Positions 9,679 to 20,178 of a stretch of 64,000 nucleotides of DNA are shown here, piece by piece. The notes beneath the pieces are model-generated. The model saw nothing but the letters and a program-made list of their open reading frames with translations. It did not search any database and was not told the origin of the DNA. The first letter of the stretch is position 1, and each line of letters begins with the position of its first letter. The stretch lies in sequence record NC_041911.1. One strand, written 5' to 3'. The translations under genes were made by a program, and so were the position numbers.

Positions 9679-11454
9679 TCAGGCAGCTGCGCCAGCGGGA
9701 GCAGCAGCTTCGGCAGGAGCGCCGGCCAGGGAAGCAGCCACGTAGTCCAGAGCGTAGCTCAGGTTGCGCGGCAGGGCACGGTTGATCGCGTGGATCGGCA
9801 TCTTCGGGGTAACCATCAGGATGCTGTTGATGAACAGCATGACCTGACGAGCCTTCGCAGCGATGCCACCTTCAGCGGCAGCGCTACCCAGATGGCTCTG
9901 GGACAGAGCAGCGATCGTGTCCTTGTACTTCTTGATCTCGGTGTTGAGTTCCTTCACACCACCGCGATTGCCTTCGGACGCTTCACGTACAGCCTTGGCG
10001 ACGGCCAGCACTTGCGCGCAGACCTTGGTCGCTTCGTTCGAGTTCAGCGCCGGCAGCGAAGCGCCTTCGGCCTTCTTGGTCGAAGCAACGACGCTGCTCA
10101 TCTTGCCGATGCCGGCAGTGCTGTTCGGGATGGAGGTAACCAGCACTTGGTTGTCGAACAGGCTCACGCCGAACGAGGTGCAACCTTCAACACTGGTGCC
10201 TTCCGGCAGCGAGCGATCGTCGCCGGACTTTTCCATCTCGCTGGCCCAACGAGCCAGCACGCCGGAGATCTTGCCACGGATCTCTTCATCCTTCTCCGGA
10301 TTTTTGACCAGCTCTTCGCACAGCGCCAGTGCTTCCAGGTACTGTTTGTAGGCCTTCGGATCGTTCAGCTTTTCAGCAGCCTTGCCCAGATTGGCGACGA
10401 AACCAGCGATGTCCTTGACCGGAGCGCCGTTCACCGACATCTTGGTGGCCAGCGACTTGCTGTCGATGGAACCGTCCTTCATCTTCGAGTTCTTCACGCG
10501 CTCGGACAGCTTTTCAGCGCGGCGTTCCACAGCCACGAAGGCATTGGTCAGACGCTGATAGGTCTCGACGGCCCACTTAGCCAGGTTGTCGAATGCGGTG
10601 CCGATAGCGGCCAGGATGCGCTTGATGAACGCAACGACCTGATCCTTGGCGTTGTTGGCGCCATCGATCTTGGCCGACGGAGTTTCCATGTCTTCCAGGG
10701 CCGGCAGCATCAGGTTCTTGACCTTCAGCGACCGGGTGACGGTGTTGACGTTGTTGCGCAGCAACGAGGCGCCGTAGATGTCCAGGCCGCCGCGTTGAGC
10801 AGCAGCGTCCAGAATGGCCACGCAGCCTTCCAGGGATTCGGTAGCGGCTTCGAGCTTCTCGACGTCTTCCTGCACGTCGCCTTCTTTGTCTTCGATCTGG
10901 TCGACGGCTTCCATCTCGCCTTCGACTTCTTCAGCTTCGGCTTCGCCTACGTCTTCGCCTTCGGCACCGCCGGCAGCAGCTGCCGGTTCACCGGTTGCTT
11001 CAGCCGCGCTAGTAGCAGCAGCGGCTGCTTGAGCAGCTTGGGTATCGTCGGCGGAAGTAGCGGCTGCAGCGGAAGCGGCCGGATCGCCGCCTTCACCTGC
11101 TTCACCACCAGCGGCCGCGCCGGTCTCACCGCCTTCGCCGGCGCCAGCGCCAGCTTCGCCGCCTTCAGCAGCACCACCTTCAGCAGCGCCCGCAGCCGCG
11201 CCACCAGCTTCACCACCTTCACCTGCAGCACCAGCGGCTGCGCCGCTTTCGCCACCTTCACCACCGGCTTCACCGCCAGCAGCACCAGCTTCACCACCGG
11301 CCGCGCCTGCTTCGCCGCTAGCCGGAGCTGCAGCAGCTGCAGCGCCATCAGCGCCGTCGGTCTTGGCTTCGCCGCTTTCACCCGCGCCGGGTGCTTGGTC
11401 TTCTTCGTTGAATTCTTCCAGGGCGGCCATGCCCAGAGCAGACTTGAACTTCAT
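9679..11454 (-). CDS. Virion internal head protein with long Gly/Ala/Glu propeptide
   Basis: Starts MKFKSALGMAALEE. Contains SLEG and PALED motifs. 591 aa. Confidence 0.7.
   Translation of the reverse strand: MKFKSALGMAALEEFNEEDQAPGAGESGEAKTDGADGAAAAAAPASGEAGAAGGEAGAAGGEAGGEGGESGAAAGAAGEGGEAGGAAAGAAEGGAAEGGEAGAGAGEGGETGAAAGGEAGEGGDPAASAAAATSADDTQAAQAAAAATSAAEATGEPAAAAGGAEGEDVGEAEAEEVEGEMEAVDQIEDKEGDVQEDVEKLEAATESLEGCVAILDAAAQRGGLDIYGASLLRNNVNTVTRSLKVKNLMLPALEDMETPSAKIDGANNAKDQVVAFIKRILAAIGTAFDNLAKWAVETYQRLTNAFVAVERRAEKLSERVKNSKMKDGSIDSKSLATKMSVNGAPVKDIAGFVANLGKAAEKLNDPKAYKQYLEALALCEELVKNPEKDEEIRGKISGVLARWASEMEKSGDDRSLPEGTSVEGCTSFGVSLFDNQVLVTSIPNSTAGIGKMSSVVASTKKAEGASLPALNSNEATKVCAQVLAVAKAVREASEGNRGGVKELNTEIKKYKDTIAALSQSHLGSAAAEGGIAAKARQVMLFINSILMVTPKMPIHAINRALPRNLSYALDYVAASLAGAPAEAAAPAGAAA
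11030..11400 (-). repeat. Low-complexity coding repeat (GEAG/AAGG/GGEA units)
   Basis: Degenerate GGEAGAAGGEAG repeats in the translation, with repeated CACCGCC/CAGCGCC words in the DNA. Confidence 0.85.
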
Positions 11455-11597
11455 GGTTTTTTCTCCATTCGAATGGAATTAATCTAAAGAAATCGCGCGA
11501 TTCTTGAATAGGACAAATTCCCCGCCAGCATAAATGACGGCGAGGCTGTTCTATACAATGGTGTTTTGGCTAGGCGGTATTTACACCGCCTAGGCCA

Positions 11598-12197
11598 TTA
11601 TCGGGTGTTATGTTCGCCGAAGAAGGTGTACAAGCTGGTCACCATGTCGACGAAACCGCCGGGATGAGACAGCCACTTCGCGATTACGTTGTGCAGGTTA
11701 GCCGTCGTCTCGTGCTGATGACGGAAGCTATAACCAGTCGGCAACATTGCCAGCAGCACTTCATCGTAATCCGGTTTATCACTCGGATCGTTCGAACCCG
11801 GCCCGATCAAACGCTCCCACATCCCTACCGGCATGTGGCGCTTACCGGTTACGATGAACCGGATAGTGTCAGTGATGAAGTCGGCATGTGTTTGCGTGAT
11901 CAGCGGAGAGGCTTGGTTGATGCGCGCCCACTCGGTGAAGTTGTTGACGCCGAAAGCACGCAGAGCAATCTTGATCGCGCGCTCACGGAACTCGAAGTCG
12001 GTATGGATCACCTGACGACGGATCATCTGGTTGTAGATTTCCACCACCGACTCATCCGCCACAACGTGCTTGATGGCTTCGGGACTCAGATCGAAGACCG
12101 AAAGGATCGGACGAGCCCGCCACGTCTGGTAGGTCTCGCTCGCCATGGCCTTCGAACCGAAGAAGCCTCGCACGTACAGTTTGAGGTCATCACGCAT
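11598..12197 (-). CDS. Conserved hypothetical protein in the head gene cluster
   Basis: 199-aa ORF packed between head genes with 3-nt spacing to the upstream gene. Confidence 0.7.
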   Translation of the reverse strand: MRDDLKLYVRGFFGSKAMASETYQTWRARPILSVFDLSPEAIKHVVADESVVEIYNQMIRRQVIHTDFEFRERAIKIALRAFGVNNFTEWARINQASPLITQTHADFITDTIRFIVTGKRHMPVGMWERLIGPGSNDPSDKPDYDEVLLAMLPTGYSFRHQHETTANLHNVIAKWLSHPGGFVDMVTSLYTFFGEHNTR

Positions 12198-12200
12198 GGA

Positions 12201-13142
12201 TCAGTCCTCATTCAGCTCTGCGATCTCACGGGTGAGGTCATCCGTGAGGGATTGCAGATAGGCGATCTCGCGTTCCAGCGCGGGATCTTCTTTGCCTTGA
12301 CGGGCACGTTCCAGCTGCATCAGGCGCAGCTTGGCCATTTGCAGCTCGGTTTCTGCTTCCTTGGCCCGGGCGATCTTGGCTTCCACGCGATGCATGCGCA
12401 GACGACGGATCGGGTTCCAGGCAAAGTTGCTGGTCGAAAACAGGAACGGGTCGATCTTGGTTTCGCCGATCGTGTTCTTCAGGTTGGTGTAGTTGGTATC
12501 GTCAGCCAGGATATCCGGGATCTGGTCCAGACGTTCCACCATGTCACCAGCAGAGCGGGTGATCACTGCGATCGCGTTGCAGTACGGCACCAGGCCTTTC
12601 TGGAACGCTTCGATCTCGTACGGAACGAGATCGGTAGTCGGAATCGCTTCGAGCTTCTTCTCGTCGCGAGCGGCCGCAGTCTCGGTCTTCAGGGCGTAGG
12701 TGAGCAGCTTCGAGGTGTAACGGGCCGAGAAGGTGATCGCGTCGACCAGCTGCACCAGGTTGGCCTTACGATAGTTCAGGCCTTTTGCAGCGATCTTGTC
12801 TTCGAACTCACCAGCCACGATGGCTTCGAGTGCGTCGATGGTGGCTGTGATGTTGCTGATGTTGCCAGCCAGGTAGCCAAAGATACCTTTCCCGCCTTGG
12901 CCTTTGACCACGCCGGAAAAGACTTGTTGCGCACGCTTCATTTCGTCGCCTTTGAACTTGGCGCCGAATGCCTTATCTGCGCTCGCCAGCACGCTGGAAG
13001 CAGCGGTGTACTGGTTGCGGGCAAAACGCAGATCTTCCAGCAGTCCGGATTTGCCGAACATGGAAGCGATTTGTTGAATGTAGGTAGTGATTTTCATGTT
13101 TTTACTGAATCGCTCTCTGCGAGACAAAGATGGACGGTACAA
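12201..13142 (-). CDS. Virion head protein (phiKZ gp90-like by synteny)
   Basis: 313 aa with C-terminal coiled coil (LAKLRLMQLE-like). Start may be 13097. Identity by recalled gene order only. Confidence 0.55.
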   Translation of the reverse strand: MYRPSLSRRERFSKNMKITTYIQQIASMFGKSGLLEDLRFARNQYTAASSVLASADKAFGAKFKGDEMKRAQQVFSGVVKGQGGKGIFGYLAGNISNITATIDALEAIVAGEFEDKIAAKGLNYRKANLVQLVDAITFSARYTSKLLTYALKTETAAARDEKKLEAIPTTDLVPYEIEAFQKGLVPYCNAIAVITRSAGDMVERLDQIPDILADDTNYTNLKNTIGETKIDPFLFSTSNFAWNPIRRLRMHRVEAKIARAKEAETELQMAKLRLMQLERARQGKEDPALEREIAYLQSLTDDLTREIAELNED

Positions 13143-13178
13143 ACAATAGCGGAGGCCTCAGCCTCCGCCATCACTTGC

Positions 13179-14474
13179 TTACAGGCGCGGAGTCGAACCC
13201 GCGCGGAAGGCGTTGAGGACGTCACCGATGTCCACACCACCACCCTTGCTGGAGGCTTTCAGATCGCGCTCGGACAGCTCGGTGTATTCCGGGATGTCAC
13301 GGGTGTACATGCGAACACGGCCCCACTGCTTGTCGATGATGAACATCAGCATGCCGTAGCCTTGCTGAAACAGCTTCTGACGGGTGTTAAAGTCCTTCAG
13401 CTTGCCGTAGATCTTCATCTCCAGCGCTTCGGCCGAAGCCTGCGACATGATGATGATGTTCGATGCGTTGTTGGCCGAGAGGCTGGCCGACAGAGCCGCG
13501 GACAGGCCATTCTGGCGACGCTTCTGCATCATCTGCAGATAGATGCCGGTTTTGTCGGCACGCAGGTTCTGCTTGTGGGTATCGATCAGATCTTGACAGA
13601 ACACGAGGTCACGCCAGAAGTCGATACCACCCAGGCGCCACTTCTTGAAACGTGCACCGAAGCTGATGTCTTCCGAGCCGGAGGCCAGGATGTGCACCAG
13701 CGGGGCAGTTGCCATGTACATGGCGTTCAGGCGAATCAGCACCGGAACCTGCACTTCACGATCGTTGTCTTTGATCGTAACGTTGATCATGCGACCAACG
13801 CCCAGGTTCACCGGGTCGCTGATGTCCACGGTCTTGCCGATCGAGGCCGAGGAGCTACCGTTCAGCGTGGAAAGTGCAGCCTGCTTGGCAGCATCTTTCA
13901 TGTTGGTCGGAGCGGTCGGTTGCGGGGTGTTCTTGCCAGCGGCTTGTTGGCCCTTGACCTTGAACTGGTCATTCGATTCCAGAGCCGGCGTGGCTTCAAC
14001 ATTGGAAGCACGTTCAGCAGAAGCTTCGGCGTCTTTCAAGACGGCTTCTTCGAGTTCTTTGATCTCGGCCGGCAGTTCGCGGACTTCACCGTCAACTACG
14101 AGGCGATCATCGAACTCTTCGAGGGCCGCGGAAGCGATGCTGCCGAGGCTGCTTACGGCTGCGCCGGTCGGCGAACGACGCGTCGAAAACTTGTCCAGAC
14201 GTTGCAGAACACTGGCATTGCCAATGCTAATGTTGTGCATTGAAAATGCCCGCAGGTAATAACCTGCGAAGACCGATTGTGCGAGCTGGAGCGTATCCGG
14301 CAGCAGGTCCGAGCTGCGCAGATCTTCGTCAACCAGAGCAGTGGGCTCGACGGTGCCTGCCTGGGCATATCCCACCAACGAATCACCGTTGGGCAGGTCG
14401 GCCAGCATCTTGAAGCCATGCTCGATGGCGGCGCCAGCCACCTTCATTCCAGCGGCTGCTGCAAGAGTATTCAT
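13179..14474 (-). CDS. Virion head/inner-body protein (phiKZ gp89-like by synteny)
   Basis: 431 aa with AALEE and PALES maturation motifs. Divergent from the adjacent + strand structural genes. Confidence 0.55.
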   Translation of the reverse strand: MNTLAAAAGMKVAGAAIEHGFKMLADLPNGDSLVGYAQAGTVEPTALVDEDLRSSDLLPDTLQLAQSVFAGYYLRAFSMHNISIGNASVLQRLDKFSTRRSPTGAAVSSLGSIASAALEEFDDRLVVDGEVRELPAEIKELEEAVLKDAEASAERASNVEATPALESNDQFKVKGQQAAGKNTPQPTAPTNMKDAAKQAALSTLNGSSSASIGKTVDISDPVNLGVGRMINVTIKDNDREVQVPVLIRLNAMYMATAPLVHILASGSEDISFGARFKKWRLGGIDFWRDLVFCQDLIDTHKQNLRADKTGIYLQMMQKRRQNGLSAALSASLSANNASNIIIMSQASAEALEMKIYGKLKDFNTRQKLFQQGYGMLMFIIDKQWGRVRMYTRDIPEYTELSERDLKASSKGGGVDIGDVLNAFRAGSTPRL

Positions 14475-14504
14475 TTTTTGATTCCCAGAAAAGAAGGATT
14501 TACG

Positions 14505-15662
14505 ATGTCGAATATGTTTACTGATGTCTGGGGCAGAACCTTTACCCAGGGCGGAACGGTAAACGGCGTGGAGGACGTTTGGGCGCGCAGCGCTATTGGC
14601 AATCCTGGTGTTGCAGTTACTGAAACCCTGTACGGTCTAAACCACCGGAGTCTCGCTAACAGTATTCCCATTAATAAGGACTACTATGGCTTGGCGTTCT
14701 TCACCCGACCGGATTTGCGCTTCACCAACGATAACTTGTTGAAGCTGCGCAAATTCGTTCCGATGCTCACCACACGAGAAGCCTCGTTGCCGCGCGCCAT
14801 CCGCGCCATGCTGGATTTTCGCCACAACACTCATAATGAAGAGAGCTACAATTGTAGCCTGATTGATCCGAAGCAGGCGTTTATTCCTCTTCTGACCAAT
14901 CAGCTCGTCAGTATGTCTGGTTGGCCGGATCTCGAATTGCCCACCTACACCAGTGAAGCCGGGGTGTATGGTGAGATGTTTTCTTTTGCCGATGGTATTT
15001 CCGAGGTCTATCGGACTTGGGACATGACGGCAAATTTCCGCAATATCCCAGGTGACCCGATCACCTCGATGTTCTACTACTGGTTGATGTATGCCCAAGC
15101 GGTCTTCGAAGGAACGCTCACACCGTATGCGGACAACGTTGCAGAAAACACTATCGACTACCAGACTCGGATTTACCGGGTGGTTCTGGATTCGACCAAA
15201 CGCTTTGTTCAAAAGATTGCGTGTACTGGCGCATCATTCCCTACGTCTGTACCGATGGGGATGTCGTTCAACTTCGAGACCGACACACCAATCAACCGCC
15301 TTGATCAGATTCCGATCAGCTTCCGCTGCATCGGCGCTGAGTATCTGGATGACATGATCATCCATGATTTCAATGCGGCCGTCTGTTTCGCTAACAACGA
15401 CATGTTCGATGATCAGCGCCAAGGAGCGGGGTTGGTGAAGGTGCCGTACGAGTACATCTTCCTCTTTAACCATCTCGGCTATCCGCGCATTAATGCAAAC
15501 ACATTCGAGCTGGAGTGGTGGGTCTACAACAACACGTTCCAGGAACTGACCGGTGGTAGCAGCAATACCTCGGATACGGTGAACTTCAACCCGGACGCTG
15601 TGGATGCAGGTGACCTGAACACGTACACCGGCAATATTCCAATTAACGGCGTGAAACGATAA
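14505..15662 (+). CDS. Virion structural protein, tail/baseplate (phiKZ gp88-like by synteny)
   Basis: ATG at 14505 preceded by AGAAGGA RBS. The ORF-track extension to 14277 overlaps the opposite gene. Confidence 0.6.
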   Translation: MSNMFTDVWGRTFTQGGTVNGVEDVWARSAIGNPGVAVTETLYGLNHRSLANSIPINKDYYGLAFFTRPDLRFTNDNLLKLRKFVPMLTTREASLPRAIRAMLDFRHNTHNEESYNCSLIDPKQAFIPLLTNQLVSMSGWPDLELPTYTSEAGVYGEMFSFADGISEVYRTWDMTANFRNIPGDPITSMFYYWLMYAQAVFEGTLTPYADNVAENTIDYQTRIYRVVLDSTKRFVQKIACTGASFPTSVPMGMSFNFETDTPINRLDQIPISFRCIGAEYLDDMIIHDFNAAVCFANNDMFDDQRQGAGLVKVPYEYIFLFNHLGYPRINANTFELEWWVYNNTFQELTGGSSNTSDTVNFNPDAVDAGDLNTYTGNIPINGVKR

Positions 15663-15673
15663 AGCTACTCAAC

Positions 15674-18601
15674 ATGTCCACTCTTACAGATCTCAAAGCG
15701 AACATCGATTCGTTCCGCTATAACCCGACCAAGATTCAAGGTGCTGTTCTGCGGATGGTTCGTGACGTCTCTGCTGGTAAGCTCGACATCGTCGATCCCA
15801 GCAACCCCTTCGTCTTTCTGGTTGAAGCTTCCGCTACGGTCGGCGCTTCGATCATGACCGAAAGTGCTACTAACAACCGCAAGCAATATGCACAGGTAGC
15901 GCAAACCGTACAAGACCTGTATCGCCACATGCACTACGGTGACTTCAATGACATCTTCGCTCTGCCGTCGAAGGCTGGCTTTGTCATGGGGTTCAACAAA
16001 GATGAACTGATCGCTCGTATGGTGCAGATGCCTGATGGCGATATCCGCAAGATCGTGATTCCGCGCAACACTACGGTCTCGATCGCCGGCACGCTGTTTA
16101 GCTTGCAGTATCCGATCGAAGTGCGTCAGCTCGCGCACGGTGGCTTGCAAGTGGTTTACGATACGTCGAAGACCACGCCTTTGAAAAACATCGACACCAA
16201 CGTAATCGAATGGCAATCGATGCGGCAGGCCGATGGTTCGGAGATGATTCTGTTCCCGGTAATTCTGGACCAGTTCAATATCATCACGCAAAGTGACGTA
16301 GTGAATGGTGCACAGAAGTTCTCGCTGTCGACTACGATCTCCGATCAGTTCTACTTCTGTCGCGTGTGGCAAGAAACCACCAATGGCTGGGTTGAACTGC
16401 CGACTACCTATAGCCAAGACATCTACAGCAACAATGGCCCGGTTGCCATTGTAAAGGTTGTGGATCAACAGGTGACGGTCGAGATCCCGATCGTGTTTGT
16501 CAAGACCGGTCAGATCTCCGGCAAGGTGCGGATGGATGTCTACCAGACCAAAGGCCCGATCAGCCAAGACTTGGGAGGCTTTGATCCGAAGCAGTTCACG
16601 ATCAACTGGTTGGCTATCGACAAGAACGAGCAAGACCAGTACGTGTCTCCGCTCAAGGCTATGACGACTGCTGTTGTGTATTCCAGCGCGATGACTACCG
16701 GTGGTCGCAATGCCATGACTTTCGATGAGTTGAAGGACCGCGTGATCCAGAATGCTTTCGGCCCGACCATCCTGCCGATCACGCCAGCTCAAGCGCAGAA
16801 GAAGTTGGAGCGTAACGGCTACAACATCGTGAAGAACTTGGACCACGTAACGGATCGTATCTTCGCTGCTACACGTCCGATGCCTGATCCGAAAGATGTG
16901 GAGCTGATCACGCCTGCTTCGGCTGGCATCCACACGCTGACTGAAACCATGGAGCATCTCGGCATGCTCTCGACGTCTTACGTGAATAACCAGAGTCTGA
17001 CTTTGGGGCCGAAGACACTGTACCGTGTGGATCAGGGAGTGCTGAAGGTGGTATCGGATTCAGAAGTTGCTCTGCTGAATTCGCTACCGGGTGACAAGAA
17101 GGCTGTGGTGATCACGGAAGGCTCGTACTTCTACTCGCCCTTCCACTACGTGTTCGATGCGACTAGCAGCACGTTTGTGTCGCGTTCCTACTATCTGGAT
17201 TCTCCGAAGATCAACGCGCGTAGCTTCATCGCGGAGAATGGCACCACCTCGTTGCAAGTCAGCACCAGTAGCGCACAAATCGCACGTACGCCTTCTGGTT
17301 GGCAGCTCACCGTCACCACCAACTCGTCGCAGGAGTGGAAGGATCTCGACGATGAAAAAACCCACATCACCTTGGCGTACCAGCCGGACCGCTCTGGCGA
17401 CTATGCCTACACGCTGGGCACTTTGCTTGGCAAGACAACCGCGGGCGAGCGGGTGTACCAGTTCGACATCAAGACCAGTTATGACATCGACGCGAACAAC
17501 GCGATGCAATTGACCAACTTCATGATGTACGAACAGTCGCAACAGTTCCTGCGCACGCCGCTGGAACAGAATTTCGAGTTGTTCTATTCGGTTTCTTCGC
17601 CGATGCCGAGCACTTGGACTGCGACGACCTTCGATCCGCTGATTGGTACGTTCCTTCTGCCTTTTGGTAGCGTCGGCGTGTCTCGTGAACGTCTGGATGT
17701 GATTCTGGGTTATTCCCTGAGTAACCTCTGGACACGTGGCCGCACTGTGGTGGGTGAGCAGGACTACGCGAAGTGGGAAGTGGATGTTCAGGCGACGTAC
17801 GAAAAGGATGTCTACCAAGCTGATCCGGTAACGGGCGCTGCTTTCACTGTGGTCAATGGCGTGCTGACCTACAACAAGCTGCATTCGGCTGGTGACCTCG
17901 TGTTCACGGGTCCGAACAACGACGTTCCGGTGATCAAGTACGCCAAGGGCTCGATCAAGAAGGATGCCTACGGTAATCCGATCGTGGTTGGTGGGCGTAA
18001 GCTCATGCGCCAGATCGATCTGTTCCTGTTGGAAGCACCGTATTATTTCGCGACCAACAAGGCAGCTACCGATTATCGTACGCAATTGGTGGACACGATC
18101 GTGCAATGGATTGCTGATGACCTCAAGGACATTAGCAAGATGTTGCTGGACAAGACCAACATCTACTTCTATCCGGTGCAGAACGTCGGCTCGGTGGATG
18201 TGATTTACGGTGCAGGTCTTAAGTCCACGATCGATGCCGGTCAATACTTCAACCTGAAGCTGTACGTGAAGGACTCGGTCTACAAGAACGACAAGCTCCG
18301 TGAATCGCTCTCCCGTTCGTCGGTGGTGTCGATCTCCGAGTGCTTGAAGTCGAAGACCGTGTCGAACTCGCAGATCGTCGATGCCTTGAAGATCACCTAT
18401 GGCAGCGATGTGGTGGCGTTCGATCTGGAAGGGCTGGGTGGTACGGCACAACTCTCCATCGTCACGATGGTAGATGACTCTGCTCGTCTGACGCTTCGTA
18501 AGAAGCTGGAGTATCGTCCGGACCAGACGTTTGCGTTGCGTGAAGACGTGAACATCGAGTTCGTGGCAGCAGAACGCGCAGGCGTGACGCTGGACGCGTA
18601 A
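15674..18601 (+). CDS. Large baseplate-wedge-like virion protein (phiKZ gp87-like)
   Basis: 975 aa, beta-rich. TTGGRNAMTFDELKDRVI segment resembles baseplate J/gp6-type motifs. Position fits. Confidence 0.6.
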   Translation: MSTLTDLKANIDSFRYNPTKIQGAVLRMVRDVSAGKLDIVDPSNPFVFLVEASATVGASIMTESATNNRKQYAQVAQTVQDLYRHMHYGDFNDIFALPSKAGFVMGFNKDELIARMVQMPDGDIRKIVIPRNTTVSIAGTLFSLQYPIEVRQLAHGGLQVVYDTSKTTPLKNIDTNVIEWQSMRQADGSEMILFPVILDQFNIITQSDVVNGAQKFSLSTTISDQFYFCRVWQETTNGWVELPTTYSQDIYSNNGPVAIVKVVDQQVTVEIPIVFVKTGQISGKVRMDVYQTKGPISQDLGGFDPKQFTINWLAIDKNEQDQYVSPLKAMTTAVVYSSAMTTGGRNAMTFDELKDRVIQNAFGPTILPITPAQAQKKLERNGYNIVKNLDHVTDRIFAATRPMPDPKDVELITPASAGIHTLTETMEHLGMLSTSYVNNQSLTLGPKTLYRVDQGVLKVVSDSEVALLNSLPGDKKAVVITEGSYFYSPFHYVFDATSSTFVSRSYYLDSPKINARSFIAENGTTSLQVSTSSAQIARTPSGWQLTVTTNSSQEWKDLDDEKTHITLAYQPDRSGDYAYTLGTLLGKTTAGERVYQFDIKTSYDIDANNAMQLTNFMMYEQSQQFLRTPLEQNFELFYSVSSPMPSTWTATTFDPLIGTFLLPFGSVGVSRERLDVILGYSLSNLWTRGRTVVGEQDYAKWEVDVQATYEKDVYQADPVTGAAFTVVNGVLTYNKLHSAGDLVFTGPNNDVPVIKYAKGSIKKDAYGNPIVVGGRKLMRQIDLFLLEAPYYFATNKAATDYRTQLVDTIVQWIADDLKDISKMLLDKTNIYFYPVQNVGSVDVIYGAGLKSTIDAGQYFNLKLYVKDSVYKNDKLRESLSRSSVVSISECLKSKTVSNSQIVDALKITYGSDVVAFDLEGLGGTAQLSIVTMVDDSARLTLRKKLEYRPDQTFALREDVNIEFVAAERAGVTLDA

Positions 18602-18613
18602 TTGCGGCATAGG

Positions 18614-18639
18614 AGCCAGGAGGGTTACCCCTCCTGGCT
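18614..18639. terminator. Bidirectional terminator between convergent genes
   Basis: AGCCAGGAGGG-TTAC-CCCTCCTGGCT plus T tract, flanked by CGGCATAG (18605) and TTATGCTG (18642). Confidence 0.8.
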
Positions 18640-18659
18640 TTTTATGCTGTTAAGTCACG

Positions 18660-20120
18660 TTACATGGAGAACACCAGATTGATGTCGTGCTCTGCCACGC
18701 CCATCTCTTTGGCTTTTTCCAGCACTTGTTTCTTGACACCATTCCGGATGATGGTATCCAGCTGTTCGCGGGTGGCTTTGATGCCCTTCACGAAGTTCAC
18801 CAGTTGACTGATGGCCGTGTAGGAGAATGCGATGCGTTGCGTAGCCGGGACGATCACGGACCGGTTGAAGTCCTTGATCGCTTCCAGCGCGGCCTTAGCT
18901 TGCGCTTCCTTGTTGGCATCTGGCGTGTAGAGCTGCATCTGGTACAGGTGATGGCTCATCTCATCCATGCTTTCGGAGAAGCGCTTCTGATCGGCCATGT
19001 CCTGATTCAGCAGCTCGGAACCATAGTCGAAGACGGCTTTCATCTTCGGCGAGTTGAGTGCCTCCAGCAGTTGACGGTAATCTTCAACCTTGAAATCCGT
19101 GGAAGTGGTCTTGAACTCGATGATGGCCTTGGCGTGCTTGTCAGCCAGTTGCGCTACTTGCTGGAAGCTGTCGTCCTGCGTGATCTTCAGAACACCTTCG
19201 TAGTCCTTGCTACCGATGGCTCGCTCGAAGTCAGCCATCAGAACAATGATCGAAGCAATGCTCTTCTCGTGCGTGCCGATCAGACCCTCGATCTGATCCG
19301 GATCACCCAGGAACTTCTGCACGAACGGCAGGCGCACCAGAATGGCGTTTAGCTGTGTCGCCATCGCGGACTTGTATGCTTCTGCGCTACCCAGGCTTTG
19401 CACCACATTGGACAGCTTGGCCAGACGCTCAGCGCGCTGACGGTATTCGTCGGAGTCCTTGTAGTTACCCTTGGTGTGCTCCGGCTGTACTTCGGCCTGC
19501 TTCTGGAGTTCGGTTGCCCGAGTCTTGGCTGCTTCGATGATTTCCTGAGCTTTCTTCTCAGCATCGGCGATTGCCTGACTTGCATCGTTGATTTCCTTCG
19601 ATGCATCTTTGAGAAGTTGCTTGTTCTCGTCGCTAGCGAGACCCTGTGCCTGAGCGCGATCGAAGAGGTTCTTGAACCAGTCGAACACACGCTTGAACAT
19701 GCTGGCAACGAACTCTTTGAGCTTCTCCAGAATACCTTGTTTCTTCTGATCCACTTCTTCCAGCGCAACCGATAGCATGGTGCGGCTCGGATGCTTGGTG
19801 AAGAAGGCAATCGGACGCTCATCGTTGAGGAAGCCTGGCATCAGTGCTTCGGCTTCCGTGGCGATGCTTTGGCTCATGCCTTTCTGAGCCTTGATGCTTT
19901 CTTGCAGCAGTTCCAGATCACGGAACTGGACTTCCAGGTTTTCAGCTGCAACAGCGATCAGGTCGATGTCGTCGCGCAGCTCCGGCACTTCACCGTTATC
20001 GCCTTCATCTTTGAATGCGTTGACAACAACAGCGGGTTCCTGTTTGGGTTCCATACTGTCATCGGCCAAGAGGAAATTGTCGTTCAATCCTGCCATGATG
20101 GTATCTCGTAGTTGATTCAA
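18660..20120 (-). CDS. Virion head protein (paralog family, gp83-86-like)
   Basis: Acidic N-terminus, VALEE motif, then a basic FVASMFKRVFDWFK segment shared in style with the other paralogs. Start may be 20096. Confidence 0.6.
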   Translation of the reverse strand: MNQLRDTIMAGLNDNFLLADDSMEPKQEPAVVVNAFKDEGDNGEVPELRDDIDLIAVAAENLEVQFRDLELLQESIKAQKGMSQSIATEAEALMPGFLNDERPIAFFTKHPSRTMLSVALEEVDQKKQGILEKLKEFVASMFKRVFDWFKNLFDRAQAQGLASDENKQLLKDASKEINDASQAIADAEKKAQEIIEAAKTRATELQKQAEVQPEHTKGNYKDSDEYRQRAERLAKLSNVVQSLGSAEAYKSAMATQLNAILVRLPFVQKFLGDPDQIEGLIGTHEKSIASIIVLMADFERAIGSKDYEGVLKITQDDSFQQVAQLADKHAKAIIEFKTTSTDFKVEDYRQLLEALNSPKMKAVFDYGSELLNQDMADQKRFSESMDEMSHHLYQMQLYTPDANKEAQAKAALEAIKDFNRSVIVPATQRIAFSYTAISQLVNFVKGIKATREQLDTIIRNGVKKQVLEKAKEMGVAEHDINLVFSM

Positions 20121-20178
20121 TGGAATAAAACCCCAGTGGACGCTTGGCCCACTGGAGTCGTGTATTGCTTGTGCCGTA

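Noticed and set aside
11610-14243. 877-aa + strand ORF, and similar long antisense ORFs (e.g. 2520..3785, 4883..6673, 45284..47359, 48124..50049, 60577..62607)
   Set aside because: These are shadow frames opposite well-supported genes. They have no RBS or motifs and arise from GC-biased codon usage on the coding strand.
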